Made by a program: the position numbers and the translations under genes | In this document: positions 18,731 to 27,501 of the stretch, one piece after another | Numbering within the stretch: the stretch's first letter is position 1 | How the letters are laid out: the number at the start of each line of letters is the position of its first letter | Assembly (NCBI GenBank): GCA_027053075.1 | Contig: JALUEE010000094.1 | Coordinates: 1 to 27,501 of the forward strand | Length of the DNA: 27,501 bases | Reading direction: 5' to 3' | Source of the DNA: a candidate division WOR-3 bacterium | GTDB lineage: Bacteria > Hydrothermota > Hydrothermia > B15-G9 > WFZT01 | Notes under the pieces: model-generated | What the model saw: the letters and a program-made list of their open reading frames with translations, nothing else | Told to the model about the DNA's origin: nothing | The model's database searches: none

Positions 18731-19349
18731 GATAAAAGGTTTTGAAGCAAAATTTTACGACCAGTTGCTTGACATACTTACTCTGGGGCAGTATCCAAGA
18801 CTGCTCAAGAAGGTTTTCTCTTTGATGGACATAAAAGAGGGATCAAGCATTCTGGACCTTGGAAGTGGAACAGGCAGGAATGCCTGCTATATGCTCAAAA
18901 GAGCTGGTAATGATGCCCATTTTGTGGGACTCGACATAAATGAGGACATGATAAAAAAGGCACGCAGGAAATGCAGGGACTATCCAAAGGCTGAGTTTAT
19001 CAACATGCGCATTGAGGAGCCACTCCCCTTTGAAGATGAATTTGACATTGCATTTATTTCGTTTGTTCTCCATGGATTTGAAGATTACGACAAGGACAAA
19101 ATTGTGGCAAATGTTCAAAAAGCTCTGAAATCAGGAGGGAAATTTTACATCTTTGATTACAACGAATTTGATCTGGACAAATCTCCGTTTTATGTGAAGT
19201 TTTTTATACGCAAACTTGAATGCCCTCTTGCCGAGGAGTTTGTTAATTTAAACCTTAAAGATTTTCTCATGCGGTTTGGATTCGACAACTTCAAGGAATG
19301 GACATTTGCCGGGAAAGTAATAAGATTGCTGGAGGCAGAGAAAGTCTAA
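18705..19349 (+). CDS. Class I SAM-dependent methyltransferase (UbiE-like fold)
   Basis: [14 protein letters not shown]...SFVLH, LKSGG. ATG 18705 is preceded by GAGGAG; overlaps the mnmG end. Confidence 0.85.
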   Translation: MGSPRSKVEIKGFEAKFYDQLLDILTLGQYPRLLKKVFSLMDIKEGSSILDLGSGTGRNACYMLKRAGNDAHFVGLDINEDMIKKARRKCRDYPKAEFINMRIEEPLPFEDEFDIAFISFVLHGFEDYDKDKIVANVQKALKSGGKFYIFDYNEFDLDKSPFYVKFFIRKLECPLAEEFVNLNLKDFLMRFGFDNFKEWTFAGKVIRLLEAEKV

Positions 19350-19609
19350 GCTACCGAGCTTTTTTAGCATCAGTTTTTTTACGAGTAATAGCCTTTAACT
19401 CGAAAGATTTAGTTTACATTATATTGCCTGGAGAGTAACTTCCGCTGTGAGAGTTCAGATTCCATTCCCACGCGCTTGTAAACTCGCATGAGCAATTCTC
19501 TCACCTTGACTAATTTGTGTCCCGGACTATCCAGATTTAAGAAGATTTTAAAATATGAAAGCTTTGTATTATTGGGGGCTGGCTAATTAGTTCGTTTCTC
19601 GAACCATTC

Positions 19610-19638
19610 TTGATTGTGTGAATTTATTGATTTATCCT
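19610..19638 (+). promoter_or_regulatory. Putative sigma70 promoter of the ABC exporter operon
   Basis: TTGATT (19610-19615), 17 bp, TATCCT (19633-19638); ATG at 19647. Confidence 0.5.
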
Positions 19639-19646
19639 TCACCTTG

Positions 19647-21374
19647 ATGAGGGATATAGCTTCTTACCTGCTGAAATACAAGAAGAACGTATTCATCGGT
19701 ATTCTGATGCTCCTCGTGGTGGATGGGACTCAGATTGTCATCCCGATGGTGATCCAGAGGGTGATAGATAGAATTGCACTTGGTAGAGTTACGCCCTCAG
19801 GACTCTTTAAATACGCCCTCATCATACTTGGACTCGCCCTGATTATTGCGGTTTTTCGCTTCCTCTGGAGATGGTTTATCATCCGAACCGCAAGGCTCAT
19901 TGAAGAGCGTATCAGAAACGAGCTCTATGAGCACATATTAAAATTGCCCGCAAGATTTTTCATGAAGATGAAGACGGGTGACATTATGGCCCATGCAACA
20001 AACGACCTTGACGCCATCAGAATGTCAATGGGAATTGGAGTGGTTGCGACCACAGATGTGGTCATAATTTCGACCTTCTCTCTCATCGCCATGATTTCTA
20101 TTTCTCCCAAACTAACTCTCTATGCCATGATTCCCATGCCTTTCCTTTCATTTGTTGTGCTCAAATTTGGAAAGCTAATACACAGCAGGTTTGAGGCAGT
20201 TCAGAGGGCTTTTTCAAATCTTACAGAAACTGTCCGCGAGTACGTAAGCGGGATACGCGTTATCAAGGCCTTTGCCCAGGAAAAGGGAGCAGTTGAAGAA
20301 TTTTCTCATATCAACCGGAACTTCGTTGATGTGAACATGAAACTCGTCAAGGTATTTGGACTTTTCCATCCGATAATAATGTTTTTTGCAACCCTCACCA
20401 CTGGCATCACGTTACTTGCTGGTGGCACCAGTGTCATTCTCAATCGCGTTACTATTGGGCAATTTGTGGCTTTTAACTATTATCTGGGCATGATGGTCTG
20501 GCCCATGATTGCTATCGGATGGGCAACCAATGTTCTTCAGCGGGGCGCCGCATCCATGAAAAGAGTAAAGAGGATACTCCATGAGGAGCCCGAACCTGTG
20601 CATCTGGGATTGAAAAGGCGTATTGAGGGTGATATTGAGTTTAAAAATCTCACCTTTAGCTACGACGGAAAGCCTATTCTTGAAAACATCTCGTTCCTTC
20701 TGGAGCGGGGAACCAAGCTTGGAATTATGGGCAGAACCGGCTCGGGCAAGAGTACTCTTGTGCTTTTAATACCGAGAATTTATGATCCACCACCGGGCAG
20801 CGTTTTTGTTGACGGCAAAGATGTTCTGGAATACAACCTCATCTCGTTGAGAAAGTCCATCGGTTATGTTCCGCAGGACGGATTTTTATTCTCAACAACT
20901 ATCAGAGAAAATATAGCCTTTGGCAGAGAGGAAGCGACGGATGAGGAGATCGAGTGGGCTGCGAAAATGGCTGAAATCTACGATGAGATAATGGAGTTCC
21001 CTGATGGGTTTGATACCCTTGTCGGAGAGCGAGGGGTTACTCTATCCGGTGGTCAGAAGCAGAGAATAGCCATTGCCAGGGCACTTCTTGTGAATCCATC
21101 GGTACTCATTTTAGATGACGCCCTTTCACAGGTTGATGCCGAGACAGAGGCAAAAATCCTCGCAAATTTAAGGGAGTTTATGAAGGAAAGAACAAGTATT
21201 GTGGTGTCACACAGGGTTTCTGCTGTGATGGACGCGGACCTCATTATCGTGCTTGAAAATGGAAGGATTATAGAATCAGGGACCCATGAGGAACTTCTTG
21301 AGCAAAAGGGAATTTATTACGACTTTTACGAGATGCAGAGGTTTGAAGAACTCGTTTCAGGAGAGCAGGTATGA
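19647..21374 (+). CDS. Heterodimeric ABC exporter subunit (TMD+NBD; BmrC/YheI/MdlA-like)
   Basis: Six-TM domain, GRTGSGKST, VPQ, LSGGQKQR, Walker B ILDDA (Asp in place of the catalytic Glu). Start set at ATG 19647. Confidence 0.92.
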   Translation: MRDIASYLLKYKKNVFIGILMLLVVDGTQIVIPMVIQRVIDRIALGRVTPSGLFKYALIILGLALIIAVFRFLWRWFIIRTARLIEERIRNELYEHILKLPARFFMKMKTGDIMAHATNDLDAIRMSMGIGVVATTDVVIISTFSLIAMISISPKLTLYAMIPMPFLSFVVLKFGKLIHSRFEAVQRAFSNLTETVREYVSGIRVIKAFAQEKGAVEEFSHINRNFVDVNMKLVKVFGLFHPIIMFFATLTTGITLLAGGTSVILNRVTIGQFVAFNYYLGMMVWPMIAIGWATNVLQRGAASMKRVKRILHEEPEPVHLGLKRRIEGDIEFKNLTFSYDGKPILENISFLLERGTKLGIMGRTGSGKSTLVLLIPRIYDPPPGSVFVDGKDVLEYNLISLRKSIGYVPQDGFLFSTTIRENIAFGREEATDEEIEWAAKMAEIYDEIMEFPDGFDTLVGERGVTLSGGQKQRIAIARALLVNPSVLILDDALSQVDAETEAKILANLREFMKERTSIVVSHRVSAVMDADLIIVLENGRIIESGTHEELLEQKGIYYDFYEMQRFEELVSGEQV

Positions 21375-23476
21375 GGCACGGCTTTGGAGGATTTTCAAGC
21401 GATACGGTAGGTAAAGTTTATGACTCGAAGATTTTTAAGAGGCTTATTGGGTATCTTAAGCCATACAAAAAGTATCTCGCCGTCTCCTTTGTTCTTCTCT
21501 TGTTCATCTCAGCCTTTGAAATTTCCTTTCCATATCTCACAAAGATTGGGATTGACAGGTATATTGTTCTGAGATTTCATGAGATTAATCCCACGGAGGA
21601 CAGAGAGGCACAGACAATTTTAAGAAAATATCAGGATGCTATTTACAGGCTCGATGGAAAGGAATTTCTGGATGAGAGTAAGCTCAAAAAGTGGGACAGG
21701 GAGTATTTGAAAAAGAAAAAGGTCCTCTCCGAAGAGAGATACCTTCTCCTGAATCCGAACAAGTATCCCAACCGGGCCGAAGTCAGGTCAATTATCCATA
21801 AATACGAGCCTCTTTTCATTAAAGGTCAGAAGTACTGGGCAATTTCTTATTCAAATCTGAGGAAAATTCCGGCCCGAGATGTAAAGATTCTGCGGCAGAA
21901 GGATATAAACGGCGTTAAGATTGTTGCCCTAATTTTTCTTGTTATACTCCTTTTAAATCTCATTTTCACCTTCTCGCAGGTTTATATTCTCCAATACATG
22001 AGCCAGCTGGTGATGTATGACCTGAGAATGGACATAATGCGTCATATTTTCAAGCTTCCAGTGGATTTCTTTAGCAAAAATCCTGTGGGTAGAATAGTCA
22101 CGCGTGCGACAAACGATGTGGCTGCCATCAATGAGATGTTTAACTCGGTTTTGATTTATCTTTTTAAAGATTTCCTCCTTATTGCTGGTATTCTGATTGT
22201 AATGTTTAAAATGAACGTGAGGCTTACGCTTGTTTCGCTCACTCTCGCACCTTTGATCGTAATTGTGACATATTTCTTCAGGGTTAAGGTGCGTGAGGCT
22301 TACCGTGATGTAAGGGCAAAAATTGCCCGGATAAACGCCTATCTTCAGGAAAGCATTTCAGGAATAAGGATAATCAAACTGTTTGTTCAGGAAGTAAGGA
22401 TGTTTGAAGGATTTAAGAAAATAAACCATGACCTCTATCTTGCGAACATTCGCCAGCTCATTGTTTTTGCTGTTTTCAGACCCCTCATTGATATCTTCAA
22501 TTCTCTTGGAATCGCAATAATTCTCTGGTATGGCGGAGGCCAGCTTATCAGGAGTGCCATAAGTTTTGGCGCGCTTGTGGCATTTTTAACCTACATTGAA
22601 AAGTTGTTTAAACCCATAATGGACCTTGCGGAAAAATACAATATTCTTCAGTCGGCGATGGCAGCATCGGAGAGGATTTTCAAACTTCTTGACGAGAAGC
22701 CAGAGCCCAAAATAGGTACGATAAAGGCACGGCTCAAGGGGCATATCGAGTTTGATGATGTGTGGTTCGCCTATGAGGATGAAAACTGGGTCTTAAAGGG
22801 TGTCTCCTTTGAGGTAAAGCCAGGCCAGACCGTTGCCATTGTGGGACCAACGGGGTCAGGGAAGTCCACGATCATTAATTTGATTCTGAGGTTTTATTAC
22901 AACCAGAAAGGAATGATCAGGGTGGATGGCAGGGATGTGCGTGAGTATGACCTTGAATCTTACAGGAGCAACTTTGCCCTTGTGCTGCAGGATGTTTTCC
23001 TCTTCTCTGGCAGTCTTGATAAAAATGTCAGGCTCTGGAACACAGAAATTCCTGACGAGAAGGTAATTGAAGCGCTAACCATGATTGGAACTGACCGAAT
23101 CGTGAAGAGACTCAAGGAACGCTATGAAGTGGGGGAGCGTGGTGCCAACTTATCCATGGGAGAAAGGCAGATTATAGCGTTTGCACGTGCGCTCGCCTTT
23201 GATCCTGCGATCCTGATTCTTGATGAGGCCACATCCAGTGTGGATTCAGAGACCGAGGCGGTGATTCAGAGAGCCACAGAGAAGCTTTTATCGGGTAGAA
23301 CTTCCATTGTAATTGCTCACAGACTCTCAACGATCAAAAAGGCAGACAAAATTATCGTTATTTACAAGGGTAAGATTATCGAAACCGGAAAGCACGAGGA
23401 ACTGATGAAAAAGAAAGGATTCTACTATCATCTCTACCGCCTGCAGTTTGGAATGGAAGAGATTCCAACAAAATAA
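21371..23476 (+). CDS. Heterodimeric ABC exporter subunit (TMD+NBD; BmrD/YheH/MdlB-like) with large TM1-TM2 loop
   Basis: GPTGSGKST, degenerate signature LSMGERQ, ILDEAT, IAHRLST; ATGA-coupled to its partner. Confidence 0.92.
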   Translation: MRHGFGGFSSDTVGKVYDSKIFKRLIGYLKPYKKYLAVSFVLLLFISAFEISFPYLTKIGIDRYIVLRFHEINPTEDREAQTILRKYQDAIYRLDGKEFLDESKLKKWDREYLKKKKVLSEERYLLLNPNKYPNRAEVRSIIHKYEPLFIKGQKYWAISYSNLRKIPARDVKILRQKDINGVKIVALIFLVILLLNLIFTFSQVYILQYMSQLVMYDLRMDIMRHIFKLPVDFFSKNPVGRIVTRATNDVAAINEMFNSVLIYLFKDFLLIAGILIVMFKMNVRLTLVSLTLAPLIVIVTYFFRVKVREAYRDVRAKIARINAYLQESISGIRIIKLFVQEVRMFEGFKKINHDLYLANIRQLIVFAVFRPLIDIFNSLGIAIILWYGGGQLIRSAISFGALVAFLTYIEKLFKPIMDLAEKYNILQSAMAASERIFKLLDEKPEPKIGTIKARLKGHIEFDDVWFAYEDENWVLKGVSFEVKPGQTVAIVGPTGSGKSTIINLILRFYYNQKGMIRVDGRDVREYDLESYRSNFALVLQDVFLFSGSLDKNVRLWNTEIPDEKVIEALTMIGTDRIVKRLKERYEVGERGANLSMGERQIIAFARALAFDPAILILDEATSSVDSETEAVIQRATEKLLSGRTSIVIAHRLSTIKKADKIIVIYKGKIIETGKHEELMKKKGFYYHLYRLQFGMEEIPTK

Positions 23477-23610
23477 TTTGCCTGGAATTTTATGGGGGAA
23501 TTTAAAATCGGCGGCCAAGACAGTGTATTTTGAATTTCTGGTGGAGGAGTTTATCATAAATCATTATTTTTACTTGCTCCGTAGGAAGATTTTCTCCGCA
23601 TGAATTCTTA

Positions 23611-23857
23611 AAAATTTTAGATGTAGCCCCTCACCTTTATCCTCTCCCCGCAGGTATTTACGCGGGGAGAGGAAATTTTTGGGGAAATCAATTACAGACG
23701 GATATCCATTTCCCACTGGCTTCAGCTTTTTGGAAAACACTTATAGAAAGCTGCTCCCTCCCCCACAAACGTAGTTTGTGGAAGAGGGAGGGGGGAATTT
23801 TCGAATACACTCACCCTCACTTGACCTCTCTCTGCTTAAATTTATGCGGGTAGAGGA
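23611..23857. repeat. Second cluster of the palindromic repeat family between convergent genes
   Basis: Hairpins at 23640-23673 (reverse copy of the 4657 type, including the CTACATCT tail), 23754-23790 followed by GGGGGAATTTTCGAATACACTC (matches the right end of copy 1), and 23814-23857. Confidence 0.8.
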
Positions 23858-23885
23858 TTATTCCGCGTTTGGAAATATTCGAGTT

Positions 23886-24413
23886 CTACTCTTGGAAACT
23901 GTTCAGATAGGACCTTACTGTGTCCAGGAATTCACTCGGACGGATTGAACTTAAAATGATGTCTGAGCCTTCTTTTCTTTTAATTTTGATGGCACTGGAG
24001 CCGACGAGTGTGTAGGCTTTCCAGCCAGGTCCCCAGTGAACTCCTGTTCCGTATCGGAAGAAACCATAATTCACAACCTCGATGTCTTCAATCTCATTCC
24101 ACGAGATCCTGTGATAACCGGAATGAAAGGGGTTAAGTTTGAAATATATCCCATCGTCCCGGACCTCAATTATTAATGCCATGCTGTAAAGCAGCACGAA
24201 AATCGCTATCGAAATTGCTATCACAATGAAGCCGCTAACGATGAGTCCGGTGTTTGACATTGGATGATTGCCAAAGGGATGTCCGAGAACCAGTTGCTGG
24301 TACATGATGTAAAGAAAGAACAAGATCATCCCGACATCTACAAGTGCTATGAGTTTCATCAGCCAGGTTTGTGAGAAACGCTGGATTTCGCAATAAGGGT
24401 ATTCACATCTCAT
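23886..24413 (-). CDS. Two-TM membrane protein with PH-like C-terminal domain (DUF6141-like)
   Basis: E.QRFSQTW, two hydrophobic helices around G.HPMSNTGL, then DGIYFK..PFH...ISWNEI...YG.G...KAY...G...I..SS.RP.EF. Family name from recall only. Confidence 0.65.
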   Translation of the reverse strand: MRCEYPYCEIQRFSQTWLMKLIALVDVGMILFFLYIMYQQLVLGHPFGNHPMSNTGLIVSGFIVIAISIAIFVLLYSMALIIEVRDDGIYFKLNPFHSGYHRISWNEIEDIEVVNYGFFRYGTGVHWGPGWKAYTLVGSSAIKIKRKEGSDIILSSIRPSEFLDTVRSYLNSFQE

Positions 24414-24864
24414 ATTTGTAGACCACCGCGTCCTCATGATTATCTGGATAATAACCCTTTATCACCCCAATGGCAACAAACCCCTCGCTCTCGTAGAGAC
24501 GCCGGGCAGACTCGTTGGACTTTCTCACCTCAAGGGTAATGGCCTTCATGCCCAATTCGCGCGCCTTCTCTTTTGCGAATCTTATCATATATCGCCCCAA
24601 TCCCATCCTTCTGAAGTCAGGATGTACAGTTATATTGGCAATGTGTAAGGATTCACCATAATCCCAGAGTACAATATACCCCGCTATTTTCTCGTCAAGA
24701 GTTAATACATAGGGCATGGAAAAGGGGTTTCTGATTTCGGCATAGAATCCGAATTTTGTCCAGGGATTAGAATAACTCAGTCGTTCTATTTCATAGACCT
24801 CGTCTATGTGCTCATTTTTCAATGGGATAAGTTTTATCCGTTTTTCCAAATCTGACTTCTGCAT
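24403..24864 (-). CDS. rimI: Ribosomal-protein-alanine N-acetyltransferase (GNAT)
   Basis: IE..S..NPW, HIANITV.P.FRRMGLG, LEVR.SN..A..LY...GF...G....YY..EDA; follows tsaB. Exact start uncertain. Confidence 0.9.
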   Translation of the reverse strand: MQKSDLEKRIKLIPLKNEHIDEVYEIERLSYSNPWTKFGFYAEIRNPFSMPYVLTLDEKIAGYIVLWDYGESLHIANITVHPDFRRMGLGRYMIRFAKEKARELGMKAITLEVRKSNESARRLYESEGFVAIGVIKGYYPDNHEDAVVYKYEM

Positions 24865-25483
24865 CGGTTAATCTCAAATAAAATGGCTCAAGTTGAGCCA
24901 CATCCTCAGCACCACTTTTTAAATACTTCAAAAGCCCCAGCCTGGCAACTGTAAGGGAAGATGGGAATTTCTTTTTGATCGCTTGGGGGAATTTTTCTAT
25001 CCCCCTGCCTCCACCAATTACAAATACCCCTTCGGGAATTTCCTCGGGCTTTTTTATGGTATAGTCTTCAAATTTCTCAAGCTGGCTGTTTTTACATTCG
25101 TACCCGGCTGTATATACCTGTCCCTTTTGTGCGTCAATGATGGGATAAACCTTCATATTCTCGTGACAAAAAGGTATCTCGTGGGCAAGAGCATCAAGGG
25201 TATTCACACTGACAACAGGGATTTTGAATACAAGCTCTATAGCTTTAACAAAGGAAAGTCCCACTCTCAGGGCTGTGAAAAATCCGGGACCTATGGATAC
25301 CGCTATTAACCCGAGCTCCGGAGGCTCAAACTTCGCAATTTTTTTGAGGCTTTCAAATATGAGATTGATTCGCTCGGAGTGGGTGAAAGGTGTTAGAGAA
25401 TTGATCTCAATTACCGGATTCTTGTCCGAAATGATGCCAAGAGAAGTGGCATCTGTGGATGTTTCAACGCCTAAAACAAGCAA
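24812..25483 (-). CDS. tsaB: t6A biosynthesis protein TsaB
   Basis: LGVETST, HSE.I, AVSIGPG.FTALRVG, TLDALA, IDA.KGQVY, LEPFYLR. Confidence 0.92.
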   Translation of the reverse strand: MLVLGVETSTDATSLGIISDKNPVIEINSLTPFTHSERINLIFESLKKIAKFEPPELGLIAVSIGPGFFTALRVGLSFVKAIELVFKIPVVSVNTLDALAHEIPFCHENMKVYPIIDAQKGQVYTAGYECKNSQLEKFEDYTIKKPEEIPEGVFVIGGGRGIEKFPQAIKKKFPSSLTVARLGLLKYLKSGAEDVAQLEPFYLRLTDAEVRFGKTDKTYPIEK

Positions 25484-25485
25484 TT

Positions 25486-26682
25486 TTAATAAATGCCAAG
25501 CTCTCTATTTAAAAATCTCTTCCAGAATGCCGGAAGCTCTCCGAGATACTCGTCCAGCTTTGACTTTATTGCGGATTTCAGTCCTTCCGTGAGGTTCCCT
25601 TTCTTTGTTCTCACCCTTGCTTCAAAAATCTGTGGCTCTGTGATGGGCTTCCCAATCTGACTCACCATGTAAATCAAGGCATCTTCTACTTCCTCAAAGC
25701 CTTCAACGAGTCTTTTAGCAATCTCGTTGGCGAAGACGTTGTAAATCTTTCCAACATGGCTCACGGGATTCTTACCCGCCACAGCCTCAAGACTCATTGG
25801 CCTGTAGGGTGTAATGAGACCGTTTGCCCTGTTGCCCCTGCCAACCTGGCCATCATCCCCACTTTCTCCTGAAATACCGGTCACTGTGATATAAACAATT
25901 CCCTGCTCCACCAGGTCCGCGGAATTTATATCCACATCGAAATTGTATGGGAGTATACGAGAGGCAAATTTTCTAACCTCCTCGGCGATCTCGCGTTTTT
26001 TATCAAGATATTCATCAACAGAGTTAAGGTATTTCGAAACAAATGCAGCCGCCACTGTAATCTTCACAAAATCCCCACGTCTAACTCCCATAACCTTAAT
26101 ATCTTCACCAAGCTCGAGATGGATTTTCTTAAATTCATCGGAATTCAAATACTGTTCGATCTTTAAAACAGCTTCCTCTGTCTTTGAAAGTGGATAGAAC
26201 CCAACTCCAAAGGATGTATCATTGGCGAGAGGAACTTCATCTGCTGCATCAAAAAGTCCTACGAGGTCCTGACTCCCGGGCTTGACCAGCAAATGGAGAT
26301 TGATATCTTTCTCGATGTTAAGATTCCTTATATTTTTTTGAAGCCATTCTCTGGCGGTTTTCTGGTAAATCTCCTCAACCGGCACTTTCTCACCGTTGTA
26401 TTCAGTGATAACACGTCCCACAAGGTAGAAATTAATGGGTTCCTCCACCTTACCGCCACCAAATACTGGAAACGCCTTCCCTGCGACAAGGAGTGCCTTA
26501 TCTACATTGTGATGAAGGATTTTACCAAACTTTTCAATGTAAAATTTTGAAAGTTCAACCGAGTATTCTTCAGAAATAGCGTCAGAAATGGTATCAGGAT
26601 GCCCAATCCCCTTTCTCTCAACGATCTCTGCGGGGAGCTTTTCCTGATCAAGGAAGTTATTTTCATTTACCAATATCTCCAT
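25486..26682 (-). CDS. mat: S-adenosylmethionine synthetase, archaeal-type family
   Basis: EIVERKGIGHPDT, HHNVDK, PGS.DL, PLANDTSFGVG, GEDIKVMG.R, ESGDDGQVGRGNR.NGLITP.RPMSLEA.AGKNPVSHVGKIYN; AGGAGG RBS. Confidence 0.93.
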   Translation of the reverse strand: MEILVNENNFLDQEKLPAEIVERKGIGHPDTISDAISEEYSVELSKFYIEKFGKILHHNVDKALLVAGKAFPVFGGGKVEEPINFYLVGRVITEYNGEKVPVEEIYQKTAREWLQKNIRNLNIEKDINLHLLVKPGSQDLVGLFDAADEVPLANDTSFGVGFYPLSKTEEAVLKIEQYLNSDEFKKIHLELGEDIKVMGVRRGDFVKITVAAAFVSKYLNSVDEYLDKKREIAEEVRKFASRILPYNFDVDINSADLVEQGIVYITVTGISGESGDDGQVGRGNRANGLITPYRPMSLEAVAGKNPVSHVGKIYNVFANEIAKRLVEGFEEVEDALIYMVSQIGKPITEPQIFEARVRTKKGNLTEGLKSAIKSKLDEYLGELPAFWKRFLNRELGIY

Positions 26683-26717
26683 TTTGCGTTCCTCCTAAAA
26701 GTTGGGGTTGACCGTTA

Positions 26718-26746
26718 AAGTTAAAGTTTAATGCGTATTTAGTCAA
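26718..26746 (-). promoter_or_regulatory. Putative sigma70 promoter of the mat operon
   Basis: Minus strand TTGACT (26746-26741), 17 bp, TAACTT (26723-26718). Confidence 0.45.
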
Positions 26747-26790
26747 GATTGAAGGTTGGTTATGTTTGAAAGGTTAAGATTTGTAAAGGA

Positions 26791-26817
26791 GGCCCCGCGC
26801 ACGAAGTGCGCGGGGCC
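26791..26817. repeat. Perfect 12-bp hairpin related to the MITE core, between divergent genes
   Basis: GGCCCCGCGCAC-GAA-GTGCGCGGGGCC. The core resembles CGCAC-AAA-GTGCG of copy 1; preceded by TATGTTTGAAA (26761), as in copy 2. Confidence 0.6.
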
Positions 26818-26939
26818 AAAAATAGGTGGAGGGAATTCCTCGTAAAGTTCTAAATAAATTGAAATTTTCCAACCAGATTCCCTTCGCTAATGATTGGTCG
26901 CTTGTTCGATTATATAATTGGCAAAAAGGAGTGATGGCT

Positions 26940-27501
26940 ATGCTAAGATTTGGAATCGTTGGATTCGGTATAATGGGTAGGTTGTATGGAAGGATAATCT
27001 CTGAGTCCGAGAGGGCAGAGCTTGTCGCTGTGGCCTCTATAAGTGAATCATCCCGGAATCTTGCTCGTGAGAAATATGGTGTGCCGACCTATGAAAATGC
27101 AGTGGAGATGTATGAAAAAGAAGAATTAGACGCAGTTTATATTGCGACTCCCGATTTTTTGCACTTTGAATTTGCAAAAGAGGCTCTTACCCGCGGTATA
27201 AATATCCTGCTTGAGAAACCTATGACCATGAATGCCAATGAAGCAAGGGAACTTGTAAAAATAGAGGAGCAGTCAGAAGCCATGGGGACGATTAGGTTTG
27301 GCAACAGGTTCTCACCTCCTTTCCTGAAGGTAAAATCTGCAATTTCCGAGGGTAAGCTCGGAGAAATAGTATCCCTCAATGCAAGACTTAATGACACAAT
27401 TTATGTGCCAACAAGGATGATCTCGTGGTCTGCAAAAACAACCCCCGCGTGGTTTCTGATGTCTCATCTGCTCGATCTTGCGTTTTATTTAACTGGTAAA
27501 A
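26940..27501 (+). CDS. Gfo/Idh/MocA-family NAD(P)-dependent oxidoreductase, 3'-truncated by window edge
   Basis: Manual translation (absent from the ORF track): MLRFGIVGFGIMG...LDAVYIATPDFLH...LLEKPM...GNRF...GKLGEI...SHLLDL. AGGAG lies 8 nt upstream. Confidence 0.9.
   Translation, partial: MLRFGIVGFGIMGRLYGRIISESERAELVAVASISESSRNLAREKYGVPTYENAVEMYEKEELDAVYIATPDFLHFEFAKEALTRGINILLEKPMTMNANEARELVKIEEQSEAMGTIRFGNRFSPPFLKVKSAISEGKLGEIVSLNARLNDTIYVPTRMISWSAKTTPAWFLMSHLLDLAFYLTGK

Noticed and set aside
19350..19609. ncRNA or BmrB-like attenuator upstream of the ABC exporter
   Set aside because: Only a short GTGAGAG/CTCTCAC pairing (about 19447-19504); no convincing leader ORF or terminator, and the best promoter lies downstream of it. 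An Rfam scan would settle it.
26683..26760. SAM riboswitch upstream of mat
   Set aside because: The predicted leader is only about 30 nt and lacks SAM-I/II/III consensus elements.
5150..27397. Numerous short antisense or alternate-frame ORFs inside long genes (e.g. 10083..10697, 13397..13906, 16709..17215, 27137..27397)
   Set aside because: They overlap well-supported genes and are mostly Phe/Leu/Ser-rich shadows of Lys/Glu-rich coding strands.

Overview
Bacterial chromosomal window of mostly housekeeping genes; archaeal-type SAM synthetase and Lys/Glu-rich proteins hint at a deep-branching thermophile (inference). Order: 3' part of sdhB plus terminator; purC-purS-purQ; a minus-strand operon (subtilase, membrane protein, winged-helix regulator) with a near-consensus promoter and a 12-bp palindromic operator; a 0.9 kb repeat-filled spacer with an orphan sigma54-type motif; addA-addB-sbcD-sbcC; a divergent RNase HII; mnmG and a methyltransferase; a BmrCD/YheIH-like heterodimeric ABC exporter; a minus-strand mat-tsaB-rimI-membrane protein operon; the start of a Gfo/Idh/MocA oxidoreductase. 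No rRNA, tRNA, CRISPR or transposase was seen. The most distinctive signals are non-coding. (1) A family of small TIR-bounded MITE-like elements carrying polypyrimidine/polypurine hairpins; one has a perfect 9-bp target duplication and one appears to have split an ancestral addA/addB overlap. (2) Five operon-leading genes that look leaderless. I cannot claim a new protein-based system from sequence alone.
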